From contig JANPIK010000015.1 in the NCBI GenBank assembly GCA_031424935.1, positions 46,254 through 110,253 of the forward strand: a stretch of 64,000 nt of DNA, written 5' to 3'. The stretch comes from Polaromonas sp. GTDB lineage: Bacteria; Pseudomonadota; Gammaproteobacteria; Burkholderiales; Burkholderiaceae_C. The stretch's first letter is position 1; each line of letters starts with the position of its first letter. The position numbers were made by a program, and so were the translations under genes. Positions 8,608 to 17,590 of this stretch are shown in pieces. Under the pieces are notes generated by a model. That model was not told where the DNA came from and did no database searches. It was given only the letters and a program-made list of their open reading frames with translations.

Positions 8608-9642
8608 ATGGCCAGCTACATCCTCAAACGCTTGCTGCTGATGATTCCGACGCTGTTCGGCGTACTGCTGCTCACCTTTGCGATGGTGCAGTTTGTACCC
8701 GGCGGGCCGGTGGAGCAAATGGTGGCGCAATTGCAGGGTCGTGATTCCGGCGGTGAGAGCGCCGCTGCGTCAGGCGCGGGCTACCGCGGCAGACAGGGTG
8801 TAGACGCCAAACGCATTGAAGAAATCAAGGCCCTCTACGGATTTGACAAGCCCGTGCATGAGCGTTTTATACAGATGATTGGTCAATTCCTGCGCTTTGA
8901 TCTGGGCAAAAGTTTTTACCAGAACAAAGATGTTTGGCAACTCGTTAAAGAAAAGCTGCCGGTGTCGATCAGCTTGGGGTTGTGGACTTTTTTCATCAGC
9001 TACCTGATAGCCGTGCCGCTGGGCGTAGCCAAGGCGGTGCGGGCAGGGTCGCGCTTTGACTTCATCACCAGTTTGATGGTGCTGGTCGGTTACGCGATTC
9101 CCGGTTTTGTGTTGGGCGTGGCGCTGCTGGTGGTGTTTGGCGGGCAGTTGCAGTGGTTTCCGCTGCGTGGGCTGACGTCCAGCAACTGGGAAACGCTAAG
9201 TTGGGGCGCAAAAATTGTTGACTATTTATGGCACATCACGCTGCCCATCATCGCCATGGTGCTCGGCAGTTTTGCCGTGACAGCGGTGTTGACGAAGAAT
9301 TCGTTTCTGGAAGAAATACGCAAGCAGTACGTGTTGACGGCGCGCGCCAAGGGCTTGAGCGAGCGTCAGGTGCTGTACAAGCACGTGTTTCGCAACGCGC
9401 TGATCCCCATCATCACCGGCTTCCCGGCAGCGTTTATCGGCGCGTTTTTTACTGGTTCGTTGCTGATAGAAACGCTGTTTTCATTGGATGGCTTGGGCCT
9501 GCTGAGCTACGAAAGCGTGATTCGGCGTGACTACCCGGTGGTGCTGGGCACGCTGTATTTGTTCACGTTGATTGGGTTGGTGACCAAACTAGTCAGCGAC
9601 CTTTGCTATGTTTTGGTGGATCCTAGAGTGAAATTCGACTGA
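8608..9642 (+). CDS. yejB: ABC transporter permease (YejB-like)
   Basis: Start MASYILKRLLLMIPTLFGV lies 1 nt after the yejA stop. BPD-type permease with YVLTARAKGLSERQVLYKHVFRNALIP (EAA loop). Confidence 0.88.
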   Translation: MASYILKRLLLMIPTLFGVLLLTFAMVQFVPGGPVEQMVAQLQGRDSGGESAAASGAGYRGRQGVDAKRIEEIKALYGFDKPVHERFIQMIGQFLRFDLGKSFYQNKDVWQLVKEKLPVSISLGLWTFFISYLIAVPLGVAKAVRAGSRFDFITSLMVLVGYAIPGFVLGVALLVVFGGQLQWFPLRGLTSSNWETLSWGAKIVDYLWHITLPIIAMVLGSFAVTAVLTKNSFLEEIRKQYVLTARAKGLSERQVLYKHVFRNALIPIITGFPAAFIGAFFTGSLLIETLFSLDGLGLLSYESVIRRDYPVVLGTLYLFTLIGLVTKLVSDLCYVLVDPRVKFD

Positions 9643-10745
9643 TGGCGGCGAACCCCACATCCGTTCACACTGAGCCTGTCGAAGTGCTTGCATCGGCTTC
9701 GACAAGCTCAGCCCGAACGGTCTCGTTAAGCCCAAGCCGCCGCGCCTGGCTGCGCTTTAAAAAGAACAAACTTGGCTTTTGGAGCCTGGTTATTTTTTCA
9801 ACGCTGGTGATGCTGAGCTTACTGGCCGATGTGTTGTCGAACGACAAGCCGCTGGTAGTCAGCTACAAGGGAAATCTGTACTTTCCGATTGCCAAAGATT
9901 ACTCTGAAAAAACCTTTGACGGCGACTTCGCCACGCCAGCTGATTACCTTGACCCGTTCATCAAAGACAAGCTGACGACTGCGCCGAATTGGGCGATTTA
10001 CCCGCCCAACCCCTACGGCCCCAAAACCATCAACTATTTTGCCAAGTCGCCCAATCCGTCAGCACCTTCAAGGGACAACCTGCTCGGAACTGACGACCGG
10101 GGGCGTGATTTGCTGGCGCAACTGATTTATGGCTTCAGGCTCAGTGTGCTGTTTGGTTTGGCGCTCACGCTGATTGGCGTGGTGATTGGCGTGATCACAG
10201 GGGCCATTCAGGGTTATGCGGGCGGCAAGACCGACCTGGTGGCGCAGCGGTTTATTGAAATTTGGGGGTCGATGCCCGAGCTGTACCTGCTCATCATTTT
10301 CAGTGCCGTGTTTGCGCCCAGCGTGGCGCTGCTGCTGTTTTTGCTCAGTCTGTTTGGCTGGATGGGCCTGTCTGACTATGTGCGTGCCGAGTTTTTGCGC
10401 AACCGCCAGCTCGACTACGTTCGGGCCGCGCGGGCACTGGGCGTGAGCAATTTGCAAATCATGTGGCGGCACATTTTGCCGAACAGCATGACACCGGTGG
10501 TCACGTTTTTGCCTTTTCGCATGAGTGCTGCGATTCTGGCTTTGACGTCGCTCGACTTTCTGGGACTGGGCGTGCCGCCCGGTACGCCGTCGCTCGGTGA
10601 GTTGCTGAGTCAAGGCAAAGCGAACATTGATGCGTGGTGGATTTCACTTTCCACTTTTGCCGTGCTGGTCATCACGCTGTTGCTGCTCACATTTATGGGC
10701 GATGCGCTGCGCGATGCGCTGGACCCTCGGAAAGCCGATCTGTGA
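9642..10745 (+). CDS. yejE: ABC transporter permease (YejE-like)
   Basis: TGATG overlap with yejB. Motifs LLGTDDRGRDLLAQLIYG and YVRAARALGVSNLQIMWRHILPN. Confidence 0.88.
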   Translation: MAANPTSVHTEPVEVLASASTSSARTVSLSPSRRAWLRFKKNKLGFWSLVIFSTLVMLSLLADVLSNDKPLVVSYKGNLYFPIAKDYSEKTFDGDFATPADYLDPFIKDKLTTAPNWAIYPPNPYGPKTINYFAKSPNPSAPSRDNLLGTDDRGRDLLAQLIYGFRLSVLFGLALTLIGVVIGVITGAIQGYAGGKTDLVAQRFIEIWGSMPELYLLIIFSAVFAPSVALLLFLLSLFGWMGLSDYVRAEFLRNRQLDYVRAARALGVSNLQIMWRHILPNSMTPVVTFLPFRMSAAILALTSLDFLGLGVPPGTPSLGELLSQGKANIDAWWISLSTFAVLVITLLLLTFMGDALRDALDPRKADL

Positions 10746-12346
10746 GTAATCAGCTCCTCCAAGTCAAAGACCTGCGCATATCCTTCGCAGGCAAAGCAGT
10801 CGTTCATGGCATCGACTTTTCAATCGCGCCCGGTGAAAAGTTGGCGCTGGTCGGTGAATCCGGCTCGGGCAAAACCATTACCGCGCTGAGTTTGCTGCGG
10901 CTGGTGCAAAACGCTGAAGTCAGCGGCAGTGCCGTTTTCCAGTCTCCCAAGGGCGAAGTCGAACTGCTGGGTATGCCCGAGCGCCAGATGCGCGGCCTTC
11001 GCGGGCAAGACATTGCGATGATTTTTCAGGAGCCCATGACGGCGTTGAACCCGCTGTTCACCATCGGCAATCAGATTGAAGAGATTTTGGCATTAAAACA
11101 AGGCATGGCCCAAGTAATACGGGGGCAAGAAGCTATTAAATTGCTAGCAGATACCGGCATCACTGAACCTGAGCGTCGGGCCAAGTGCTTCCCGCACCAG
11201 CTTTCGGGCGGTCAGCGCCAACGCGCCATGATCGCCATGGCGCTTGCCTGCCAGCCCAAACTGCTGTTGGCAGACGAGCCAACGACTGCACTTGACGTGA
11301 CGGTGCGCACGCAAATTCTGGACTTGCTGAGCGAACTGCAGCGTAAAAACGGTATGGCGGTGTTGATGATTACGCACGACCTGAACCTGGTGCGCCGATT
11401 TGCTGACCGCATTGCGGTAATGGAAAACGGCGTGATCGTAGAGCAGGGCGCGGTTAAAGACGTGTTTGCCAACCCGCAGCACGCTTACACCAAGAAGCTG
11501 ATGGACAGCAAACCGACGCGGGATGTAGCGGAAGCCGCGCCTGATGCAGCTCTGCCAGCGGTGATGCAAGCCAAAAACCTGCGTGTCAGCTACCCGGTCA
11601 GCTTGCCGGGCTTCAAAGGCTGGTTCAAAACTGGGGAGTTTGTGGCGGTGCAGGGCGCGAGTTTTAATATTCCCGTCGGGCAAACATTGGGCGTGATTGG
11701 CGAGTCAGGTTCGGGCAAGTCCAGCCTGGCGCTGGCGGCGCTGGGTCTGCACCCGTCGACAGGTGACCTCAGTATGGCGGGCATGAGCTGGAACAAAAAG
11801 GCCGCCAACAACAAAGCCATCCGCAAAGCTGTGCAGGTCGTGTTTCAAGACCCTTTCTCGTCGTTGTCGCCGCGCATGACGGTTGAGCAGATTGTTGGTG
11901 AAGGCTTGTCAGTCCATCAGCAAAACATCAAAGAGATGGAGGTGCAGCAGCGGGTGCTGAAAGCGTTGCAAGAAGTCGGCATGACTGAAACCCAATTCCC
12001 TGGGTTGTTACAACGCTACCCGCACGAATTTTCAGGCGGCCAGCGCCAGCGCATCGCCATTGCCAGGGCGTTGATGGTCGAGCCGCAATTGCTTGTACTC
12101 GACGAGCCGACCAGCGCGCTCGACGTGACGATTCAAAAACAGATTTTGCAACTGCTGCAGCGCTTGCAACGCGAGCGGGGTTTGAGTTATTTGCTGATCA
12201 CCCACGACGTCGACGTGATTCGCGCCATGGCGCACCAGGTGATGGTGCTCAAAGACGGCGTGGTGCTGGAGGCTGGGCCGTTAGCGCAAATTATGGACTC
12301 GCCTAAGCATCCGTATACGCGGACGCTGGTGGCTGAACAGGTTTGA
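10742..12346 (+). CDS. yejF: ABC transporter ATP-binding protein with duplicated ATPase domains (YejF-like)
   Basis: Two Walker A motifs ([16 protein letters not shown]) and two signature motifs (LSGGQRQR, FSGGQRQR). GTG start overlaps the yejE stop (GTGA). The track ORF start at 10634 lies inside yejE. Confidence 0.9.
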   Translation: MSNQLLQVKDLRISFAGKAVVHGIDFSIAPGEKLALVGESGSGKTITALSLLRLVQNAEVSGSAVFQSPKGEVELLGMPERQMRGLRGQDIAMIFQEPMTALNPLFTIGNQIEEILALKQGMAQVIRGQEAIKLLADTGITEPERRAKCFPHQLSGGQRQRAMIAMALACQPKLLLADEPTTALDVTVRTQILDLLSELQRKNGMAVLMITHDLNLVRRFADRIAVMENGVIVEQGAVKDVFANPQHAYTKKLMDSKPTRDVAEAAPDAALPAVMQAKNLRVSYPVSLPGFKGWFKTGEFVAVQGASFNIPVGQTLGVIGESGSGKSSLALAALGLHPSTGDLSMAGMSWNKKAANNKAIRKAVQVVFQDPFSSLSPRMTVEQIVGEGLSVHQQNIKEMEVQQRVLKALQEVGMTETQFPGLLQRYPHEFSGGQRQRIAIARALMVEPQLLVLDEPTSALDVTIQKQILQLLQRLQRERGLSYLLITHDVDVIRAMAHQVMVLKDGVVLEAGPLAQIMDSPKHPYTRTLVAEQV

Positions 12347-12347
12347 T

Positions 12348-12404
12348 TTGCTATTGATACGGGAGCTGCTTGCGCCCGTATTTATTGGGCTGGGGGCTAA
12401 TTTT
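12348..12404 (+). repeat. REP-like dispersed intergenic repeat, copy B
   Basis: ttgctattgatacgggagctgcttgcgcccgtatttattgggctgggggctaatttt. It aligns with copy C at 13327-13381. Confidence 0.7.
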
Positions 12405-12508
12405 ATTGCTTTTTTATGTGGTTTCGCACACAATAAATCAGCAAACGCATCTTCCGTGATAGCGGCTGCGGTGACTGCAAGCAGGTTTTGGGGCGGCTCG
12501 ATCAGGTT
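12400..12508 (-). pseudogene. remnant of the 3' end of a doc/Fic-family toxin gene
   Basis: My minus-strand translation gives NLIEPPQNLLAVTAAAITEDAFADLLCAKPHKK. This parallels the intact Doc C-terminus RLDATQAEATITMLAVATGDITEDAFADWLRLHAHKK (13376-13480). There is no upstream coding body, because the methyltransferase gene occupies that space. Confidence 0.6.
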
Positions 12509-13125
12509 GCACGATGGAGCACCAGCCCGCCCTTAAGTAGCACTTGTTCAACTTTTGAAAAGCCGGCACTTTTCAAGGCCTCAGCTTGCTCGACTACGGA
12601 CATGTATAACTGGTCGTTCTTCATTCCACCCTCCCCGGCGAAGTGGTCGCATACAAGATAGAAGCCGCCCGGCAGGAGCAATGACCTGACTTGTAGATGG
12701 AGTTCTGCCGCATAGCGCTTGTGACGCAACTCATGAACGGCCTGATTGGTGACAACGCACCCAAAATGACCAAGCCCATTTGACCAGGTGGACTCACGGA
12801 AGCTACGCTCGACAAATTGAACGCTCTTACTCAATAGACCGAGGCGCTTGGCCGCCAGTTCGTGCATTGCCAAGGAAAAATCCAACGCGACGTACTCGAC
12901 GGGTGGAAGTGCGCAAAGCAGATGCTCGGCTAGAAACCCAGGGCCGGAGCCAAGCTCCAGAATGCGGTGATCGCCGATGCCATTAGAAAGTATTTCCGAA
13001 CCAAATGCTTCGAAGAACTCGGTTCGCCACGGGCGCTTGGACATTGCCGTTTCTTCCCATTCGCGGGCATCACCCATGAGACGAAGATCTATGGGACTGG
13101 GCACATCGCTGAGCATTTCTTGCAA
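12502..13125 (-). CDS. class I SAM-dependent methyltransferase
   Basis: Motif I ILELGSGPGFLAEHL, an acidic post-I residue (VALDFS) and motif VVTNQAVHEL. 207 aa. Visibly more A/T-rich flanks than its neighbours. Confidence 0.8.
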   Translation of the reverse strand: MQEMLSDVPSPIDLRLMGDAREWEETAMSKRPWRTEFFEAFGSEILSNGIGDHRILELGSGPGFLAEHLLCALPPVEYVALDFSLAMHELAAKRLGLLSKSVQFVERSFRESTWSNGLGHFGCVVTNQAVHELRHKRYAAELHLQVRSLLLPGGFYLVCDHFAGEGGMKNDQLYMSVVEQAEALKSAGFSKVEQVLLKGGLVLHRAT

Positions 13126-13326
13126 CCTATTTACCTATTCATCTAAGTATAAAAATACGGTGAAACCCCGCAAGCGGGTTTCGGCATTTACCACCCTGCT
13201 TGAGACCAACCAACCCGGTCTCTCGGTCTGGTCAGTTTGACTATAGCTTGCCAAGTGAAGCAGAGCGTACCCGGTTTGCGGCAGGTGCTGGGTTGACTTA
13301 GATTTCAAACCAGTTCAGTGGTTTTT

Positions 13327-13381
13327 TACTATTAATTCAGGAGCAGCTTGCGCAAGTAATTATTGGGCTAGGTGCCTATTT
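13327..13381 (+). repeat. REP-like dispersed intergenic repeat, copy C
   Basis: tactattaattcaggagcagcttgcgcaagtaattattgggctaggtgcctattt, immediately 3' of doc. Confidence 0.7.
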
Positions 13382-13780
13382 CGCAAGTTTTTTATGTGCA
13401 TGCAAACGCAGCCAGTCAGCAAAAGCGTCTTCGGTGATGTCGCCTGTGGCGACGGCCAGCATGGTGATGGTGGCTTCAGCCTGCGTGGCATCAAGCCGAT
13501 AGCCATTCAGGTACAAAAACAAGCCCGTTGCCAAAAAAGCTGCGCGCTTGTTGCCGTCGACAAAAGGGTGGTTTTTAGCTAATCCAACGGTATAGCTGGC
13601 TGCTAACGCGGCTACGTCGGGCGGGGCGTCATCGGCAGCATAGGCCACCAAATTGAGTGGCCGCGCAAGGGCAGGATCCAGCAAACCCTCATCGCGCAAG
13701 CCTTCACCCCCGCCGTGGGTTGCCAGACTTTCGCCGTGCAGCAGCATCAATGCGGATTTGGTGATCCAGCGCCAGGTCAT
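13376..13780 (-). CDS. doc: type II toxin Doc (death-on-curing, Fic fold)
   Basis: Doc-type Fic motif HPFVDGNKRAAF. 134 aa. ATGA-type overlap with the upstream antitoxin gene. Confidence 0.9.
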   Translation of the reverse strand: MTWRWITKSALMLLHGESLATHGGGEGLRDEGLLDPALARPLNLVAYAADDAPPDVAALAASYTVGLAKNHPFVDGNKRAAFLATGLFLYLNGYRLDATQAEATITMLAVATGDITEDAFADWLRLHAHKKLAK

Positions 13781-14001
13781 TTGGCAAGCTGGTGAAAGGT
13801 GTCTTTGAAATCACGCATGAAGGCGCGGCCGGCTGTGATCTCTTCTTCCAACGCCGGGTCGTAAGGCGTGAGCGTGTAGCCATCAGGTGTTTCAGTCAAA
13901 AAAACACTTTCACCCTTGCCAAGCTTCAGGCGGGACAAAGCCTCTTTAGGCAGAACAACGCCCACCGAATTACCAATTTGCGTCAATTTAAGCATGTGCA
14001 T
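13777..14001 (-). CDS. AbrB/MazE/SpoVT-fold antitoxin (Phd-equivalent partner of Doc)
   Basis: MLKLTQIGNSVGVVLPKEALSRLKL is a typical SpoVT/AbrB swapped-hairpin N-terminus. 74 aa. Overlaps doc by 4 nt. Confidence 0.85.
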   Translation of the reverse strand: MHMLKLTQIGNSVGVVLPKEALSRLKLGKGESVFLTETPDGYTLTPYDPALEEEITAGRAFMRDFKDTFHQLAK

Positions 14002-14008
14002 GATTCAA

Positions 14009-14040
14009 CTCCGTTATTACGTCTGTAATACTAAACGGAG
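14009..14040. promoter_or_regulatory. imperfect inverted repeat, candidate antitoxin operator of the phd-doc promoter
   Basis: ctccgtt-attac-gtct-gtaat-acta-aacggag. Outer arms ctccgtt/aacggag and inner arms attac/gtaat are reverse complements. It lies 8 nt upstream of the antitoxin start. Confidence 0.5.
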
Positions 14041-14100
14041 GCGCAATGCATGTCAAGTCAAGCGGCACAATGTCGCTTTTTCAGAAAGCCCCAAGATCAA

Positions 14101-15078
14101 TTACTGCGGTACCAGCCCCGACGCCTTGACCAGCTCGGCATGCACCTTGATGTCGCGAGAAATGAGCGCCTGCAAAGCCTTTGGCGTGCTGGTGGCGACT
14201 TCCATGCCGCTTTCGCCCAATTTGGCTTTTAGTTCGGCGTCCATCGCTGCCACCACGGCTTTGTTGAGCTGGTCAATGATGGGTTTTGGGGTTTTGGCCG
14301 GTGCCAAAAGGCCAATCCAGGCCGATAAAACCATATCTGAAAAGCCGCTTTCGACCATCGTCGGTACGCCCGGTAACACGCCTGAGCGTTGTGGGCTCAT
14401 CACGCCGAGCGCGGTGAATTTGCCCGACTTGATGTGCGGCAGGGCCTCGGGCATGACGGCAAACATCGCGTCAACCGTACCTGCCAGGGCGTCATTGACA
14501 GCCAGCGCGCCGCCTTTGTAAGGCACGTGCAGCAGCTTGGCCTGGGTGCGGGTTTCAAACATCAGGCCCGCCAGATGCTGCGGGCTGCCGTCGCCCGACG
14601 TGGCATATGTCACGCTGCCGGGGGCAGTTTTGGCGGCGGCCAGCAGTGCGGCAACAGTCGGGTACTTTTGCTTGTTTGTCACGACCAGCACCATGGGCTG
14701 ATTGACCAGCAACGACACAGGGCTAAAGTCTGCCTCGGGGTTGTAGGGCAGGCTTTTGAAAACGCTCTTGTTGGTCGTTAAAAACGAAGCCGGTGAGACC
14801 GTTAGCGTATAGCCGTCAGCGGTGGACTGTTTAACCGCTGGCATACCAATCTGGCCAGATGCACCCGCGCGGTTGTCCACCACAAAGGGCTGGCCCATCG
14901 ACGTTTGGAGTTTTTGGCCCAACGTACGAGCGATCATGTCAACACTGCCGCCTGCTGCGAGCGCCACAATGACTTTGACCGGGCGGTCCGGGTACACGCT
15001 TTGGGCAGACGCTGAAGCGGTAAAAAGAAGGCTGGATACAGCCCAAACTGCCAAAACAGCAAAACAATTAACGCGCAT
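14101..15078 (-). CDS. Bug-family tripartite tricarboxylate transporter substrate-binding protein (orphan TctC-like)
   Basis: Signal peptide, then YPDRPVKVIVALAAGGSVDMIART, YKG and the general Bug family layout. 325 aa. No adjacent tctAB. Confidence 0.88.
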   Translation of the reverse strand: MRVNCFAVLAVWAVSSLLFTASASAQSVYPDRPVKVIVALAAGGSVDMIARTLGQKLQTSMGQPFVVDNRAGASGQIGMPAVKQSTADGYTLTVSPASFLTTNKSVFKSLPYNPEADFSPVSLLVNQPMVLVVTNKQKYPTVAALLAAAKTAPGSVTYATSGDGSPQHLAGLMFETRTQAKLLHVPYKGGALAVNDALAGTVDAMFAVMPEALPHIKSGKFTALGVMSPQRSGVLPGVPTMVESGFSDMVLSAWIGLLAPAKTPKPIIDQLNKAVVAAMDAELKAKLGESGMEVATSTPKALQALISRDIKVHAELVKASGLVPQ

Positions 15079-15347
15079 GGATTTCTTTCGTGTTGGTAAT
15101 CTGACGGTACGGGTCTCAGCCTGGCAGTGTTGCAGTCACCAAACTTTATAAGCGACCAAAAATTATGCTTTTAAACATGCAAAACATATGCCAGTCACGT
15201 ACCAGTGATCTGCCGGTCGTGCGTCAGTCGTATCCAAGAGGCAAGGCGGTTCAGAGTCAACGCCTGAATGATAGGGATGTGTCCGCTCATTTGACATCCT
15301 GATAAATTAGGCGCTTTTCCCAGTAGAAACGATAAAAGTTGCTTTCA

Positions 15348-16052
15348 ATGTCACCTGTTACCCACCCTTTGCCAAACCATGCAGACCTTGTTGAGCACGC
15401 AGATCGCGCCGCGCGGGGCGACGAGCCTTTTCCTGACCACCACAACGATTTGGCAGCCACGCTCAAATTTGCTTGGCAAATGCTGGGGCGGGGTGTGCAG
15501 GACAGGCGCTCGGCCTTTCACACCCCGGTGTTTGCCACCCAAGGTACTGACGGCCCGCAGGCCAGGGTGCTGGTGCTGCGGGCTTTTGAGCAAGGCACCC
15601 GCACCTTGACCTTTCATACCGATATGCGCAGCGCCAAGTTATTTGAGTTAGGGGGCGACCCACGGGTGGCGCTGACTTTTTACGATGCAGCGCGCAAGGC
15701 TCAGATACGCATCAACGGTACGTGCGCCGTACATGCGGATGATGCACTTTGCCAGCAACGCTGGGCAGCGTCGCGGCCAAGTTCGCTGCGGTGTTTTGCG
15801 GGCGCACCGCCTGGGGTTGTGAGCACCGTGCCCACCAGTGGCTTGCCTGTACAAATGGAAGGGCGTGAACCCGAGTTGGCCGAACTTGCTGATGCTCAAG
15901 CGCACTTTGCGGTGCTGACAGTCTCTGTTCAGCGGTTGGAGTGGCTGCACCTGCATACGCGCGGCCAGCGCCGGGCGAACTTTGTCTGGCCTGACGATTC
16001 GGCAAACATTGACGCCAGCAGCCCGTGCCGTATGCAGTGGCTTAATCCTTGA
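15348..16052 (+). CDS. pyridoxamine 5'-phosphate oxidase family protein
   Basis: RSAFHTPVFATQGTDGPQARVLVLRAF...LTFHTDMRSAKLFEL..DPRVALTFYD resembles the PNPOx split-barrel family. ATG at 15348 preferred over TTG at 15339. Confidence 0.65.
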   Translation: MSPVTHPLPNHADLVEHADRAARGDEPFPDHHNDLAATLKFAWQMLGRGVQDRRSAFHTPVFATQGTDGPQARVLVLRAFEQGTRTLTFHTDMRSAKLFELGGDPRVALTFYDAARKAQIRINGTCAVHADDALCQQRWAASRPSSLRCFAGAPPGVVSTVPTSGLPVQMEGREPELAELADAQAHFAVLTVSVQRLEWLHLHTRGQRRANFVWPDDSANIDASSPCRMQWLNP

Positions 16053-16093
16053 TGAAAGGAAAAAGCGAAAAAATTCTGAAAAGGATCGTTTTT

Positions 16094-16144
16094 GGCCTGT
16101 AGCGCATTAAAAGCGGGCGCTGACAGCTATTGTTAGCATAGCAA
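16094..16144 (-). repeat. REP-like dispersed intergenic repeat, copy D (second subfamily)
   Basis: ggcctgtagcgcattaaaagcgggcgctgacagctattgttagcatagcaa. Its reverse complement shares aatagctgtNagcgccc with copy F. Confidence 0.6.
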
Positions 16145-17500
16145 TCAGCTGTCAGGTTTGTGCTGTTTTTCAAGCCGCTCCAGCACCTTAAAGCAGCCCC
16201 AAGCGCCCACTACGCCAAACAGTACTACCCCAAGTCCGTACCCAGCCAACACGCCTTTCATGCCGTAGTAATGGCCACCCAGCCAGATAAAGGGCACCAC
16301 TCCCAGGGTGGCCCGGCCCCAATTCAGTGCGGTTGAATACAGTGCAAAGCCCAGGTTATTAAACGCAGCGTTGGCCACAAAAACAGCCCCATTAAAAACA
16401 AAGCTGATCGCTACAAACTGGCAGAAAAAAACAATCACCGTGCGGCCCTCGCCAATCGCACCAAATGCGTCAGCAATCACGCCGCTCAGCAGAGCCATCA
16501 GCAGCCACACGACCAGCACGTACACCACCACAAACTTCAGGCTGTCAGACATGGTTGAGCGCAAACGGTCATAGCGCCCCGCGCCCAGGTTTTGCCCCAA
16601 TATCGGCCCCACCGCGCTCGACAAACCGTACAGCGCCGCAAACGCCACCGGAATAATGCGCCCCACAATCGCCCAACCGGCGACCGCGTTGTCGCCGTAC
16701 GGGCCGATGGCGGCGGTGACAAAAGCATTGCCAACGGGTGTCGCGACCTGCGTCATGACCGACGGCAAGCCGATGGCAAAAAACGGTTTGGCGGTTTGCG
16801 CGACCCATGCCGCAGTCGGTCGGGCCAGCAGTTTGTGGATGCGTATCAGGCCGTACAACCCCACAGATACCATGACCACCCGTGCCAAGCAAGTTGCCAG
16901 CGCTGCACCCTTCAGACCCCAGTCAAAACCAAAAATAAACAAGGGGTCCAGTACCGCCACGGCAAAACCGGCACTGAGCGTGACGTACATGGCCCGCTTG
17001 CCGTCGCCCAAAGCCCTGAGCAGTGCGTTCATGCACATGCCTGCACCCAGCAACGGCATGGACGGCAGTATCCAGCTGCAAAAGCTAAGTGCCAAGTCGG
17101 CCGTGACGCCAGATGCGCCCAGCGCTGCCAGTAATTTGCCTAAAAACGGGTACAGCAGTAACGAGCCCAGCGCCATGCTGGCTGTCATCAGTACCAGGCA
17201 GGCACCCGCCATGCTTTTGGCTTGTTCGCGTTTGCCCTGGCCCAGCGCGCGTGAGGTCAAGGCGCTGACGGCAATCGCCAGACCGATTGACAGCGACACG
17301 ACAAAAAACAGCAGGGTTCCAGCGTAGCCCACAGCTGCAGCCAACTCTTTCTGACCCAGCAAAGAAATATAAAAAAGGTTCAGCAAATCAACCGCAAACA
17401 CGGCTATCAGCCCGACCGAGCCAGAAGCTGTCATGTTTAAAACATGCCGCATGGTCGAGCCCGTGACAAATTTGCCTTCAATCGGTGCGTGGGTGGTCAT
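16145..17500 (-). CDS. MATE family efflux transporter
   Basis: 451 aa and about 12 TM helices. N-terminus GSTMRHVLNMTASGSVGLIAVFAVDLLNLFYISLLG is typical of MATE/NorM-like proteins. Confidence 0.8.
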   Translation of the reverse strand: MTTHAPIEGKFVTGSTMRHVLNMTASGSVGLIAVFAVDLLNLFYISLLGQKELAAAVGYAGTLLFFVVSLSIGLAIAVSALTSRALGQGKREQAKSMAGACLVLMTASMALGSLLLYPFLGKLLAALGASGVTADLALSFCSWILPSMPLLGAGMCMNALLRALGDGKRAMYVTLSAGFAVAVLDPLFIFGFDWGLKGAALATCLARVVMVSVGLYGLIRIHKLLARPTAAWVAQTAKPFFAIGLPSVMTQVATPVGNAFVTAAIGPYGDNAVAGWAIVGRIIPVAFAALYGLSSAVGPILGQNLGAGRYDRLRSTMSDSLKFVVVYVLVVWLLMALLSGVIADAFGAIGEGRTVIVFFCQFVAISFVFNGAVFVANAAFNNLGFALYSTALNWGRATLGVVPFIWLGGHYYGMKGVLAGYGLGVVLFGVVGAWGCFKVLERLEKQHKPDS

Positions 17501-17590
17501 GGCGTGAAATGTGTAGCTGGCAAAGTGGCAACGGTTATTTTCGCCTCACTGGCTGCAAAGGCTCGGCGCTGGTGCAGCGACAATCGCGGC

